Shown piece by piece: positions 10,128 through 20,529 of a stretch of 64,000 nucleotides of DNA. The stretch comes from an uncultured Desulfobacter sp. (GTDB taxonomy: Bacteria; Desulfobacterota; Desulfobacteria; Desulfobacterales; Desulfobacteraceae). The stretch covers positions 2,848,001 through 2,912,000 of the forward strand of contig OY762069.1 of the NCBI GenBank assembly GCA_963665095.1. Direction: 5' to 3'. The notes under the pieces are model-generated. The model saw only the letters and a list, made by a program, of their open reading frames with translations. It was not told the origin of the DNA and did no database searches. The stretch's first letter is position 1. Every line of letters begins with the position of its first letter. Made by a program: the position numbers and the translations under genes.

Positions 10128-13100
10128 TTGATACCACATCATTTCTCAAAAAACCGCAATTCCGTTATACTTTTGATATGCTTTATCCTGAGCTTGCTTT
10201 TCTCCACACAAGTGTATTCCAAATCCGATTTGAAAAAACCCTTGACTATAGCAGTCTGCAGTAGTTTTTCTCCCTTTACCCTTGTTACACCGGCTGGTGA
10301 GCCTGCGGGCCTTTTCGTGGAAATGTGGCAGCTGTGGAGTAAACAAACCGGTATACCTGTTGATTTTATTATCGAAGATTTGGCCGGATCCATTGAAGCT
10401 CTTCGCGAAAACAGGGCTGACATTCACTCAGGCCTTGTCGTAAATGAGCACCATGCAAAATGGATGGCTTTTTCCCAACCCATCCATGAGATACAAACTT
10501 CGATGTTTTTCAGGACGGACCAGCCGACCACTCTAACAATTCAGGAGATGAGCGGTAAAAAAATCGGTGCGTTGAATGACAGTGAGCAGCTCCAGTTTCT
10601 GCTTGACTCTCATAAGGGCGTTCAGGCTGTCGGTTATCCGGACAGCTCCTCACTGATCCTTGCAATATTGCAGGGCCGGCTGGATGCTGTTCTTCATGAG
10701 AATGTCCGGATAGAATCAGTGCTTGCCTCCTGGGGAGGGTGCGGGATGCTCCGGCGAAGTGGGGAACCGGTTTTTTCCAATCAGATTGTTGCTGCAGTGC
10801 GAAAAGACAGGCCAGATTTGCTCGAGATCATTAATAAAGGGTTTCAGCTGCTGCCAGTAGAAGTGGTGGCCAGAATGGAAAAACGCTGGGTTGCTGAGCC
10901 AGGTGATCGCCATTATGAAAGGCTGCTGACTGCCGGCAAGCTGACTTTTGAAGAACAAAACTGGATAAAGCAGAGGAAAAAACCGGTCATGGTAGGGGTT
11001 GAGATGGACTGGCCTCCTTTTGATTTCGTGAAAAACGCAAATCCAACAGGATATTCAAACGAACTGCTTCAGCTGGCAGCACAGAAAATTAAATTGCCGA
11101 TGGCGTTCGTGTCCGACTTGACCTGGGCCCAATTGATAGACCAGTTTAAAAAGGGTGCCATCGATGTTCTGCCGGCAGTTTACAAAACCCGGGAAAGAGA
11201 AAAAGAGATGGCTTTTACCCGGTTTTATGCCACGAATCCGGCAGTGCTGGTGGGCCACAAGGATCATCCTGAAATTCGTTCTTTAAAGGACCTTGCCGGC
11301 AAAAGACTCGCTGTGGTCGAAGGATTTTCCATCAATAACATGATCAAGGATGACTATCCCGAAATCCAACAGATTCAATATCAAAACGTGGCAGCAGCTT
11401 TGAAAGCTGTCGCTTTAAAAAAGTCAGACGCCTTTGTCGGAAGTCTTGGGGTCATTTCATATATTTTAAAAGAAAATATGATACCTGCAGTCCGTATTAT
11501 AGACGAAGTATCCATTGAGAATCCTCAGGCCACCTTTCTTCATGTGGCTGTCTTAAAAGAGCAGACCCTCTTGAGGGATATCATACAAAAGGGGTTGGAC
11601 TTACTGACTGACGAGGAGATAAAAAATTTAAAGAATAAATACTTTTTTGCCAAAGTCCCAAAAAGTCTGGTTTTAAACAAAGAGGAAAAAGAATGGCTTG
11701 CCGCACATAAATACATTCGACTGGGGGTAGACCCTTCATGGCTGCCCTTTGAGGGGATTGGAAACGATGGAAGATATATGGGTATTGTTTCAGAATATGT
11801 GGACTGGCTGAACAAAATACTGAACCTGACCATGACGCCGGTAAAGGGGTTAAGCTGGCAGGACGTTGTTAGAAAAGCCAAGGCAGGTGAGATTGACGCC
11901 CTTCCCGGGGTAGGTGTCACCCCATCGCGGAAAGAATATTTACATTTCACTGAACCTTACCTGAGTATTCCCATTGTGCTGGTTATCCGGGAGGACCTGC
12001 CCTTTGCGTCCGGGCTGAAAGACTTGGCCGGAAAGAGGTTGGCGGTGATTATGAACTCTCCGATAGGGGAGAAAGTCAAATCTGAACACCCTGAATTAAA
12101 ATACATTGAGACAAAGAATCTTATTTTGGCCCTGCAGGCTGTTGCACAGGGAAAAGCTGACGCCACTTTGGGAAACAATGCCTCTGTGACTTACTATGTC
12201 CGAAGGGATAACATCAAGGGGTTAAAAGTCGTTGCAACCCTGCCGCAGACCCTTGATTTGTCAATAGGAGTACGAAAGGACTGGCTGCCGCTGGTTTCCA
12301 TACTGGATAAAGCCCTGGCCGTGATTCCGGAAGCTGAACACAGAAGTTTTCATGACCGGTGGGTGAATATTCAGGTGGAATCCCGTGTAGACTGGAAACC
12401 GCTGCTGGGAATAAGCCTGGGTATACTGCTGGTTGCAGGAATCATTTTTGCTGTTATTTTATTTTCCAACCGCAGGCTTACCAGGGAGGTCCATGAGCGG
12501 ACTCTGGCTGAAAATAGAATGCGTAAGATGAGCGAGGATATCCATATAATCAGCACTGAACTGGAGCAGATTTTTAAGAATACACAAGTGGGCATTGTCT
12601 TTTTGAAAAACAGACAAAAATTTTATCGGTGCAATGACCGGGCTGCCGAAATACTGGGGTATGACTCGTCTGATGAAATGGCGGGTATGAACATTGCCGA
12701 TGTCCACATGAGCCAGGAGAGGTTTAAGCGGTTTGGCGGGGAGTATTATCCTGAACTGATCCGTGGAGAACATATCCTGGGGGAATATAAATTTAAGCGC
12801 AGAGACGGTACGGGTGTCTGGTGCTCCATCTCAGGCAAAGCAGTGGATGTTAAGACCCCGCCAGACTTGAATAAAGGGGTTATATGGGTAATTGATGACA
12901 TTACTGAAAAGCGCCAGGCCAGAAAGGCATTAAAGGAAAGTGAAGAACGGGTGAAAACCATTTTGAATTCCATTAATACCGGTATCATTATTATTGATCC
13001 TACGAATCGGGAAATCATGGATATCAATTCTGTGGCGGCCAGGATGATCGGCCTTAACGAGAAGGAAATTGTCGGCCGTTCCTGCCATAAGTTTATCTGC

Positions 13101-14441
13101 CCCAGTGCAAAGAGGGACTGTCCCATCATTGATCATCACAAGACGGTTGACAATGCAGAATGTGTTCTGATTACGGGGGATAATAAAGAAATTCCAATAC
13201 TGAAAACCGTTGTACCTGTTCACTTAAGTGGAAAGAGACAGCTGTTGGAAAGCTTTGTCGATCTGACCAAACGAAAAAAAGACGAAGAACAGATTCAAAA
13301 ACTGTCAAACGCAGTCGAACAAAGTCCTGTCTGGGTTATTATAACTGATCCTGACGGTACAATCGAATATGTTAACCCCAAATTTACAAAAATTACGGGA
13401 TACCATGCCCGGGAAGTGCTGGGAAAAAATCCAAGGATTCTTAGTTCCGGTCAGACAACTTGCGACTTTTATGAAAAAATGTGGGGTCAAATTGTAAAGG
13501 GTAAGTCCTGGAGTGGCGATATTTTGAACCGCAGAAAAAATCAGGAATTGTTCTGGGCACACCTCTATATTTCATCGGTTCGGGGACAAAACGGCAATAT
13601 CTCCCATTTCATTGGATTAGGTGAAGATATCACAGAACAAAAAGCATTGCAGGAGGAGCGTGATGATGCCTACGCAGTCATTTCAAGCAGTATCAATTAC
13701 GCATCCAATATCCAGCAATCCATACTCCCTGGCAAAGAAGCGCTTGATAAACTTTTTCCCCACTATTTTACCTTGTGGGAACCTCGTGATCGTGTCGGGG
13801 GAGACATCTATTTTTCAAAATCCTGGGGTTTGGGAAAAATCTTTGCCCTGGGCGATTGTACGGGCCACGGGGTCCCAGGAGCATTTATGAGCATGATAGC
13901 CAATGGAGCGCTTGAAATGGCAACACTGGAGACACCTCCCGGAGACAGTGCTGTGTTGTTACAAAGGACACATCAACTGATCCAGCAGGCTCTGGGGCAG
14001 CAGAAAGAGGATAGTAAATCCGATGATGGAATAGATATCGGGCTGTGTTATATCGCGCCCCGGAACAGGAAGATCGTTTTTTCAGGTGCACGATTCTCCT
14101 TGTTTGTGGTTGAAAATGCTATGGTAACTGAAATCAAGGGTAACAAAAAATTCGGTCTTGGTTATTGTGCCACTCCCCATAATGTTCAATTTGCCAATAA
14201 TGATGTAAGGATCAATCCGGAACGGTCATATTACATGACATCAGATGGACTCGTTGATCAGATTGGAGGGCCTAAACGTCGCAGTTTCGGCAAGAAACGG
14301 TTTAAAAAGCTGCTGGTTGAAATGGAATCTGTGCCCTGGGTCCGCAAAAGTCAATTCCTGCTGAATGAACTAAACGAATACCAGGGCAATGAGCGTCGGC
14401 GTGATGATGTCTCGGTCATCGGCTTTTCTTTTTCAGCTTAA
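10128..14441 (+). CDS. Membrane sensor: three periplasmic substrate-binding domains + TM + three PAS + SpoIIE/PP2C phosphatase (SiaA-like)
   Basis: Three PBP repeats (FSPF, DWPPF, SWLPF starts), TM segment LLGISLGILLVAGIIFAVILF, PAS repeats, PP2C motifs VGGDIY, GDCTGHGVPGAFM, SDGLVDQIGG, RRDDVSVIG. Confidence 0.9.
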   Translation: MIPHHFSKNRNSVILLICFILSLLFSTQVYSKSDLKKPLTIAVCSSFSPFTLVTPAGEPAGLFVEMWQLWSKQTGIPVDFIIEDLAGSIEALRENRADIHSGLVVNEHHAKWMAFSQPIHEIQTSMFFRTDQPTTLTIQEMSGKKIGALNDSEQLQFLLDSHKGVQAVGYPDSSSLILAILQGRLDAVLHENVRIESVLASWGGCGMLRRSGEPVFSNQIVAAVRKDRPDLLEIINKGFQLLPVEVVARMEKRWVAEPGDRHYERLLTAGKLTFEEQNWIKQRKKPVMVGVEMDWPPFDFVKNANPTGYSNELLQLAAQKIKLPMAFVSDLTWAQLIDQFKKGAIDVLPAVYKTREREKEMAFTRFYATNPAVLVGHKDHPEIRSLKDLAGKRLAVVEGFSINNMIKDDYPEIQQIQYQNVAAALKAVALKKSDAFVGSLGVISYILKENMIPAVRIIDEVSIENPQATFLHVAVLKEQTLLRDIIQKGLDLLTDEEIKNLKNKYFFAKVPKSLVLNKEEKEWLAAHKYIRLGVDPSWLPFEGIGNDGRYMGIVSEYVDWLNKILNLTMTPVKGLSWQDVVRKAKAGEIDALPGVGVTPSRKEYLHFTEPYLSIPIVLVIREDLPFASGLKDLAGKRLAVIMNSPIGEKVKSEHPELKYIETKNLILALQAVAQGKADATLGNNASVTYYVRRDNIKGLKVVATLPQTLDLSIGVRKDWLPLVSILDKALAVIPEAEHRSFHDRWVNIQVESRVDWKPLLGISLGILLVAGIIFAVILFSNRRLTREVHERTLAENRMRKMSEDIHIISTELEQIFKNTQVGIVFLKNRQKFYRCNDRAAEILGYDSSDEMAGMNIADVHMSQERFKRFGGEYYPELIRGEHILGEYKFKRRDGTGVWCSISGKAVDVKTPPDLNKGVIWVIDDITEKRQARKALKESEERVKTILNSINTGIIIIDPTNREIMDINSVAARMIGLNEKEIVGRSCHKFICPSAKRDCPIIDHHKTVDNAECVLITGDNKEIPILKTVVPVHLSGKRQLLESFVDLTKRKKDEEQIQKLSNAVEQSPVWVIITDPDGTIEYVNPKFTKITGYHAREVLGKNPRILSSGQTTCDFYEKMWGQIVKGKSWSGDILNRRKNQELFWAHLYISSVRGQNGNISHFIGLGEDITEQKALQEERDDAYAVISSSINYASNIQQSILPGKEALDKLFPHYFTLWEPRDRVGGDIYFSKSWGLGKIFALGDCTGHGVPGAFMSMIANGALEMATLETPPGDSAVLLQRTHQLIQQALGQQKEDSKSDDGIDIGLCYIAPRNRKIVFSGARFSLFVVENAMVTEIKGNKKFGLGYCATPHNVQFANNDVRINPERSYYMTSDGLVDQIGGPKRRSFGKKRFKKLLVEMESVPWVRKSQFLLNELNEYQGNERRRDDVSVIGFSFSA

Positions 14442-14837
14442 GGTTTTGGCAAGGAATACTCCCATTTCTCTATCCGTACCGTTGATATGATTTACCAGCC
14501 AGTCTTTGAGAAACGGCATCAGTTTGTCAGGGATTTCATTGTCTCCATCCAGGAATGCTTCATAAAGCTCCGTGGCCTGCCCAACCAGATTCTCATGTTC
14601 GGTTTTGTGATCGAACAAACCTTCATAAGCTGACTCCTGCATAAGCCGTTCTTCATGTCTGAAATGCCAGCTGGTATAGCTGATAAGTTCTTCGAGCAGG
14701 TCTGCCAAAGCGTCCTTATCCGCGCCTTCAGCCAGTTCATCATGGATTCTGTTTACCATGCCGACAAGTTTCTTATGGTCATCGTCTACCTCTTCAATAT
14801 TTACACTTAGTTTGTCGCTCCAATCGATGAACGCCAT
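14433..14837 (-). CDS. Bacteriohemerythrin
   Basis: WSDKLSV..DDDHKKL, HFRHEERLM, HKTEH, WLVNHINGTD di-iron motifs. Confidence 0.93.
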   Translation of the reverse strand: MAFIDWSDKLSVNIEEVDDDHKKLVGMVNRIHDELAEGADKDALADLLEELISYTSWHFRHEERLMQESAYEGLFDHKTEHENLVGQATELYEAFLDGDNEIPDKLMPFLKDWLVNHINGTDREMGVFLAKTLS

Positions 14838-15009
14838 CTTCTTATGCCTTTTTTGAATATGATTGTTGTAAGTTTTAACAGAAAGATTTAAATTTCATAT
14901 AGAAATACGGTAATTTAGTAAAGAAAAAAATATAATTCTATGACCGTTTACGTTTTTCAAAACGATATGTTGTTGACGATACATTCAAATTTTTGATGAT
15001 TGAGGGAAA

Positions 15010-15948
15010 ATGGAATTTGATGCTTTCAAGAATGAACTTGATGTAATTATACAGGGTGAAAAATGTCTGGATTCGTGCAAATCCCAGGTTTCAGCGGAGC
15101 AATACAAAGCGCTGTTAAACGATTATAAAAAATTATTTAAAACCACAAAACGCTTGGTGAGTATCAGTGACCGGAGCGAGGAGCGGCTTAAAGAAGCCAA
15201 CACCAAAATCATACACCAGCAAAAAGAGTTGCAGTATCAGAATGAAATTCTCAAGGAGAACATGAAACTGCGTGAGGATGTGGAGCGTATTACCCGCCAT
15301 GATTTAAAAACCCCGCTGAATGCAATCATTAATTTTCCTAAGTTGATTGACAAGTCAAACCTTACAGAAAAGCAGATGGGGCAGCTGGACAAGATAAGTA
15401 CCTCAGGATATAAGCTGCTGAACATGATCAATCTTTCTTTGGATCTTTTTAAAATGGAACAGGGCACTTACCAGCTTTCGCCGGTTCCGGTGGACATCAG
15501 CAGAGTACTCCAAGATATCTTTCAGGAAAACCGCTTATATATCAAATCAAGACGTATCGTCCTTGATATCAGGTTAAACGGAGCTATCGTGGATGAAACT
15601 TCGGTATTCAATGTTCCAGGCGAGGAGCTGCTGCTTTACTCCATGCTGGCCAACCTGATCAAGAACGCGTTGGAGGCATCTGCGAGAAAAGAGACTATTT
15701 TGATAAAAATGGAAGATGCTCCGGTACCGTCTATTACCATAAATAATAAAGGGATTGTGCCGGAGGACATGCGTAACAGATTTTTTGAAAAATATACTAC
15801 GTCGGGCAAGAAAACAGGTACCGGATTAGGTACGTATTCGGCAAAGCTTATTATGGATACACATGGCGGGACAATATCCATGGACTCCTCTGAAGAAAAG
15901 GGTACAACCCTGCGGGTTACATTCCCGGATAATGGTTCTAAATCATAG
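15010..15948 (+). CDS. Soluble histidine kinase with coiled-coil (SiaD-like) N-terminus
   Basis: RHDLKTPL H-box, NLIKNALEA N-box, GTGLG G2; N-terminus YKKLFKTTKRLVSISDRSEERL. Confidence 0.88.
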   Translation: MEFDAFKNELDVIIQGEKCLDSCKSQVSAEQYKALLNDYKKLFKTTKRLVSISDRSEERLKEANTKIIHQQKELQYQNEILKENMKLREDVERITRHDLKTPLNAIINFPKLIDKSNLTEKQMGQLDKISTSGYKLLNMINLSLDLFKMEQGTYQLSPVPVDISRVLQDIFQENRLYIKSRRIVLDIRLNGAIVDETSVFNVPGEELLLYSMLANLIKNALEASARKETILIKMEDAPVPSITINNKGIVPEDMRNRFFEKYTTSGKKTGTGLGTYSAKLIMDTHGGTISMDSSEEKGTTLRVTFPDNGSKS

Positions 15949-16102
15949 GAATTGTCTTTTCTCAATTCTTATCCCAAAAGCCTAATACAGTTCGTAACCA
16001 AAGGATAGGAAATTTTTTTGACAAAAAATCGTCTTGACACAAGTGCCCAATTTTATGTTCATGACCGGTACATTAAAGACGGAACCCCTTAAATTGAAAG
16101 CT

Positions 16103-16515
16103 CGGTTTTTATCATGGGCCATTCACTTCTGTACCCGCTGGACCTTAAGGATGAGGAAAACTATAATCTAGCCAAATCCCTGTCAAAGGTGGATGGGGCC
16201 CTGCATATCGGGGCTGATTTAAAACTGCACGGATTTGCCTGCCTTCTGGAAGGCAGTTATGTAACCGGAGAGAACCGGGCACGGGTTGCCCGGTTTAATT
16301 CACCGTTGCGGTTCACAGCAGAACACGAAAATATTATCGTGATCGTGGTTTCCTCTGACACCCCGGTTTCGGTCATGATGGGCGGTGTGGTGCTTGAAAC
16401 CAAATGGAAACGGGAGACCGCTCTCATCTGCAACATCCCTGTCCCCCTGCAGGAATGGGTGGCTAAAACCAAATAAAGAATTTTGTTCGATATTGTCCGT
16501 GGCAGCCGGCATACC
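16103..16515 (+). pseudogene. Direct repeat copy 2: 5'-truncated duplicate of the DAC gene (ORF 16114..16476)
   Basis: 120 aa identical to the C-terminus of 8052..9494 except 5 residues, including RGAR>RVAR and NSA>NSP. Confidence 0.9.
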
Positions 16516-16545
16516 ATGAAGGAGTGTTGCCCAATTTTAATCTGA

Positions 16546-17115
16546 TCATCGCGACTGCCTGTTTGCCATCCATTCCGGAACCCTGGGCGCATCAATTCTG
16601 TAATAGCCCGGATTATACGGTTTGATATCCAGCACCGGACTGCCGTCCACCGCCTCGAACCCCTTTACTTTCAGGATATGGCCGGATCGTTCCAGAAGGC
16701 TTACGGCCGTCACCAGAATGGGATTGGGCCGGGCCGGGCTGCAGGTAGCATAGATGCCCTGTTTCGGGATATCCGGCCGGCCCATGGGATGCACCTTTCT
16801 CAGACTGCGGCGCTCCTGGGGGACCAGGTGGGGCCAGTACAGCACCAGGATATGGGAAAACCCTTCGATCCCGTCCAGGATCCCGTCAAGTTCCGGATTA
16901 ATGTGGATCTCGCTGATATTGTCTCTGACTCCGGGACGCCTGTCACAGGCATTTTCACTGTTTTTATCCCGGGAAAGGCCATCTTTTTCCACCTTCAGTC
17001 CAGGGGTTTTGATATCACTGCAGACAACGCCTACCGGGGTGAGCATGATCCCATCTTTGTAAACATCCAGCTTTTCAGCGACCAATGATGGAGCGTTTCC
17101 AGTTTGCAGACTCAT
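16546..17115 (-). CDS. trmO: TrmO/TsaA-family SAM-dependent methyltransferase (tRNA m6t6A37)
   Basis: LDGIEGFSHILVLYW, GIYATCSPARPNPI, EAVDGSPVLDIKPY motifs. Confidence 0.88.
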   Translation of the reverse strand: MSLQTGNAPSLVAEKLDVYKDGIMLTPVGVVCSDIKTPGLKVEKDGLSRDKNSENACDRRPGVRDNISEIHINPELDGILDGIEGFSHILVLYWPHLVPQERRSLRKVHPMGRPDIPKQGIYATCSPARPNPILVTAVSLLERSGHILKVKGFEAVDGSPVLDIKPYNPGYYRIDAPRVPEWMANRQSR

Positions 17116-17143
17116 TTACAATCTGTCCTTTATATGTGGGCGT

Positions 17144-17716
17144 TTATGATGGTTTGTTTATAATACCGGGCATGAATTCGGCCAGTTCTTCTCTTCCTGC
17201 AAATTTTCCCCCCAGGGTCCTGAAATTGGGGGCAAGCATCACAAGGGGATCTTCCAGAAGTTTTTCACCATCCCAGTAAAGATCGTTCACCTCTGCATGC
17301 TTAACCCGCCCGATGGTCAGGACATAATCCTCTCCTGTAACCTCCTGCTCCAAAACCGCCTCAATCCACCCCAGGGCGTTTTTCATCCTTAAGGGGGCCA
17401 CAGTTTTAGCCGGGGTTGTCTCCATTTCAGCCATCTCCATTTCATTGACATCCGCAGGAAAACTTCTTGCGCAGGACATGGCCTTTCGAAAATCGGGCGA
17501 ACCTAGGACATTCACGACAAACTCCTTTGTTTCCCGGATATTTTTCAGGGTATCCCTGGGCAGCGCCGATGCAATGGCAATAAGGTTTAAAGGCCTTAAT
17601 ATCGGCATGACGCAACCATAAGGGGCGCCGTTATGAACCCCTGCCGCATCCACGGTGGTGATCAGGGTCACAGGCAGTGGAAGAAACAATTTAAATTTAT
17701 CAGGTGCAAGCTCCAT
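17144..17716 (-). CDS. Flavin reductase (DIM6/NTAB) family protein
   Basis: Start MELAPDKF after AGGAG RBS; PVTLITTVD...NGAP, RDTLKNIRETKEFVVN motifs. Confidence 0.85.
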   Translation of the reverse strand: MELAPDKFKLFLPLPVTLITTVDAAGVHNGAPYGCVMPILRPLNLIAIASALPRDTLKNIRETKEFVVNVLGSPDFRKAMSCARSFPADVNEMEMAEMETTPAKTVAPLRMKNALGWIEAVLEQEVTGEDYVLTIGRVKHAEVNDLYWDGEKLLEDPLVMLAPNFRTLGGKFAGREELAEFMPGIINKPS

Positions 17717-18252
17717 TTTAATCTCCTTTTTCTGGTGGCTCTTTGCCGGGGTGGGCAGCCATAGGCTGATCCCTATGTCACGTCCCAGCTGCAAACCGCC
17801 CAAAAACTCTTTATCTGTAAAAATAAAAAAGCCAGGCAGGCAATATACCGGGATGCTTTCCGGCAACTGACCTTCCTGGCCTGGTATTTTAATCGTCGAA
17901 CAGAGTATATTTTTTATTAATCTGTGCCTTCCTGACACAATTATCATTTATTTCTGACAAGTGTCCTACAGTCGTATTTTCAAGAAGTCAAGAGGAACCC
18001 AGCAGGAAAAAGGAATATATATAATCGACCCTCGACAGAATAGAGAGGGGGGGGCACAATACTTTGTGTCTATTTATGATCCCATTGTGTGAATTTTAGC
18101 AGCAGAACATTGAGCCTCATACAGTCCGTTTGAAACTGTATTCTTTTATTATTCGTATTCCCCATTCGACAATTGCCATCAAGCTGATAGTAATTAATTG
18201 GTGATTGCCTTGTGAAAATAAAATTGCACTTGACCGCGTCCTGACATTATTT

Positions 18253-18287
18253 TATGTAAGCTTCTTAAAAGTTAAGAAACTTATATA
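18253..18287. promoter_or_regulatory. Putative MarR operator (inverted repeat)
   Basis: TATGTAAGCTTCTTAA-aag-TTAAGAAACTTATATA, 14/16 symmetric, directly upstream of the marR-like start. Confidence 0.6.
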
Positions 18288-18298
18288 TTGGACACCAA

Positions 18299-18769
18299 AT
18301 GGTATATTCAAATAACCAGGACAGGCTGCAGCAGCAGGCCATCAGCAGCTTCTGGGAAAATGTGCCCCAATTATGGCACCGCATCCGCGCCAATGTACGA
18401 AACATTGCTGTAAAGGAGTTTGGCATCACAGTGGAGCAGTTCCACCTGCTGCGCCATATCCGCAAGGGCATGGGCTCGATGAGTGAGCTTGCCAATGCCC
18501 GGGGCGTCAGCCGACCGGCCGTGTCCCAGGCAGTGGAAACCCTTGTGAATAAAGGTCTGATCCTTAGGGGAGAAAAAACCGGGGACCGGCGCTTTGTCCA
18601 TCTTGAACTGACCCTGGCCGGCGATTCCCTGCTGTCCGCCATTTTCCAGAAAAACCGGGCATGGATGGAAACCCAGTTTTCCACCCTCTCCCCGGATGAA
18701 CTTACCATGGTGATTGAGGCCTTTGGACTCATCGGCTCTTTGTTTAAAAACAGCCCGGAGGGGCCATGA
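18299..18769 (+). CDS. MarR-family transcriptional regulator
   Basis: GITVEQFHLL, SMSELA..GVSRPAVSQAVETLVNKGLI..DRR...LTLAG winged-helix pattern. Confidence 0.9.
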   Translation: MVYSNNQDRLQQQAISSFWENVPQLWHRIRANVRNIAVKEFGITVEQFHLLRHIRKGMGSMSELANARGVSRPAVSQAVETLVNKGLILRGEKTGDRRFVHLELTLAGDSLLSAIFQKNRAWMETQFSTLSPDELTMVIEAFGLIGSLFKNSPEGP

Positions 18770-20529
18770 GCCCGTTGCGGCAGATCCTGGTCTTTGTCCG
18801 GCCCTATGGACGCCTGGCTGTTCTGAGTCTTGTCCTGCTCGTCGGCACCATTGCCATTGATCTGTCCATTCCCCGCCTGATCCAGCGGATAATTGACAGG
18901 GGTATCTCCATGCATGACGGGTCACTGGTCCTGCATACCGCGATTTTGATGATAGGATTATCCGTGCTTGGTGCCATTCTGGCCATTGGCAACAACTATT
19001 TCTCCGTCCGGGTGGGTGAAGGGGTGGCCGCAGACCTGCGGGACGCCCTTTTCACGAAGATTCAAAGTTTTTCCCACGCCAACCTGGACCGTTTCCCCAC
19101 AGGAGACCTCCTGGTCCGTCTCTCCTCGGACACCAACGCGGCCCAGCGCTGGGCCATGGTTACCTTGAGAATCGGCACCCGGGCACCGCTGCTTATGACC
19201 GGAAGTTTAATCCTGATGTTCAGGACCAATGCAGAACTGGCCGTCAAGGTCCTGCCCCTTCTGGCCGCCACCCTGGCCGTTACCTTCTGGTTCGGCCTGC
19301 GCATGGAGCCCTTTTTCGGCCGGGTTCAGAAACAGCTGGCCCGCCTCAACCAGGTGCTGCAGGAAAACATTGCCGGTGTCCGCCTGGTCAAGGCCTTTGC
19401 CCGGTCCGCCCACGAGGCCGGCAGGTTTGCCGCAGCCAACAACGCCCTGGCCCGCCTGACCGTCAAAGTAATGCGGTACATGGAGAGCATGGCCCCCACC
19501 CTGGGATTTATCATCGGCACCGGGGTGGTCCTGGTAATCTGGGCCGGGGGCTGCCAGGTGATCCGCAACGACCTGACCCTGGGGCAGATCGTGGCCTTCA
19601 GTAACTACATGCTGACCACTGTGACGCCCTTGATCATGATGGCCCGGCTCTCCAATGTCTGGGCCAGCGGCATGGCCTCCATGCGGCGCATCAACAAGGT
19701 GTTGGACGAAGTCCCTGACATTCAGGATATTGAAGCGGCCCAATCCCTTTCCTCTGATTCCAGGGGTGCCATCCGGTTTGAAAAGGTTGTCTTCACCTAC
19801 GGCAATGCAGCTGCACCCGTACTCAGGGGGATAGATCTTGACATTGAACCCGGCCGGATCACCGCCATTTTAGGGGCCACAGGCTCCGGCAAGTCCACCC
19901 TGGTCAACCTGATCCCCAGATTTTATGATCCATCCCAGGGCCGCATCCTCATGGACGGAACAGACCTGCGGCACCTCAACCGGAAGACCCTGCTTGGCCG
20001 GATCGGCGTGGTACCCCAGGAGACCATCCTTTTCTCCGGCTCCATTCTGGATAATCTGCGGCTGGGATGCGAAGACGCTTCAAAGGAAGACCTCATGGCC
20101 GCCGCCCGCATGGCCCAGGCCGAGGATTTTATCCTCCGCCTGCCCCAGGGGGCTGACAGCCGGGTGGAAGAACGGGGCGTCAACCTTTCCGGCGGCCAGA
20201 AACAGCGGCTGGCCATTGCCCGGGCCCTGGTCTCCCGGCCGGATATCCTGATCCTGGACGACAGCACCAGTGCCGTGGACATTGAAACCGAAGCCCGGAT
20301 CCATGCCGCCATTCAGGCGGGTCTGCCCCATACCACCCTTGTGATCGTGGCCCAGCGGATTACCACCGTTCTTAGGGCAGACCAGATCATTGTTCTGGAC
20401 CAGGGCCGGATCCAGGCCAGGGGAAAACATGCCCGGCTTCTGGCCCACAGCCCGGTCTATCGCGAAATATTTGAATCCCAGCTGGGACCGCTTTCCGGGG
20501 ACACCCCTGTTATGGGAGGCCTGTCATGA
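18766..20529 (+). CDS. ABC exporter, fused permease/ATPase subunit 1
   Basis: N-terminal TM domain, GATGSGKST, LSGGQKQR, degenerate Walker B ILDDS. Confidence 0.93.
   Translation: MSPLRQILVFVRPYGRLAVLSLVLLVGTIAIDLSIPRLIQRIIDRGISMHDGSLVLHTAILMIGLSVLGAILAIGNNYFSVRVGEGVAADLRDALFTKIQSFSHANLDRFPTGDLLVRLSSDTNAAQRWAMVTLRIGTRAPLLMTGSLILMFRTNAELAVKVLPLLAATLAVTFWFGLRMEPFFGRVQKQLARLNQVLQENIAGVRLVKAFARSAHEAGRFAAANNALARLTVKVMRYMESMAPTLGFIIGTGVVLVIWAGGCQVIRNDLTLGQIVAFSNYMLTTVTPLIMMARLSNVWASGMASMRRINKVLDEVPDIQDIEAAQSLSSDSRGAIRFEKVVFTYGNAAAPVLRGIDLDIEPGRITAILGATGSGKSTLVNLIPRFYDPSQGRILMDGTDLRHLNRKTLLGRIGVVPQETILFSGSILDNLRLGCEDASKEDLMAAARMAQAEDFILRLPQGADSRVEERGVNLSGGQKQRLAIARALVSRPDILILDDSTSAVDIETEARIHAAIQAGLPHTTLVIVAQRITTVLRADQIIVLDQGRIQARGKHARLLAHSPVYREIFESQLGPLSGDTPVMGGLS

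Noticed and set aside
17717..17947. N-terminal extension of the flavin reductase ORF in the track
   Set aside because: A clear RBS precedes the ATG at 17716 and family similarity starts there.
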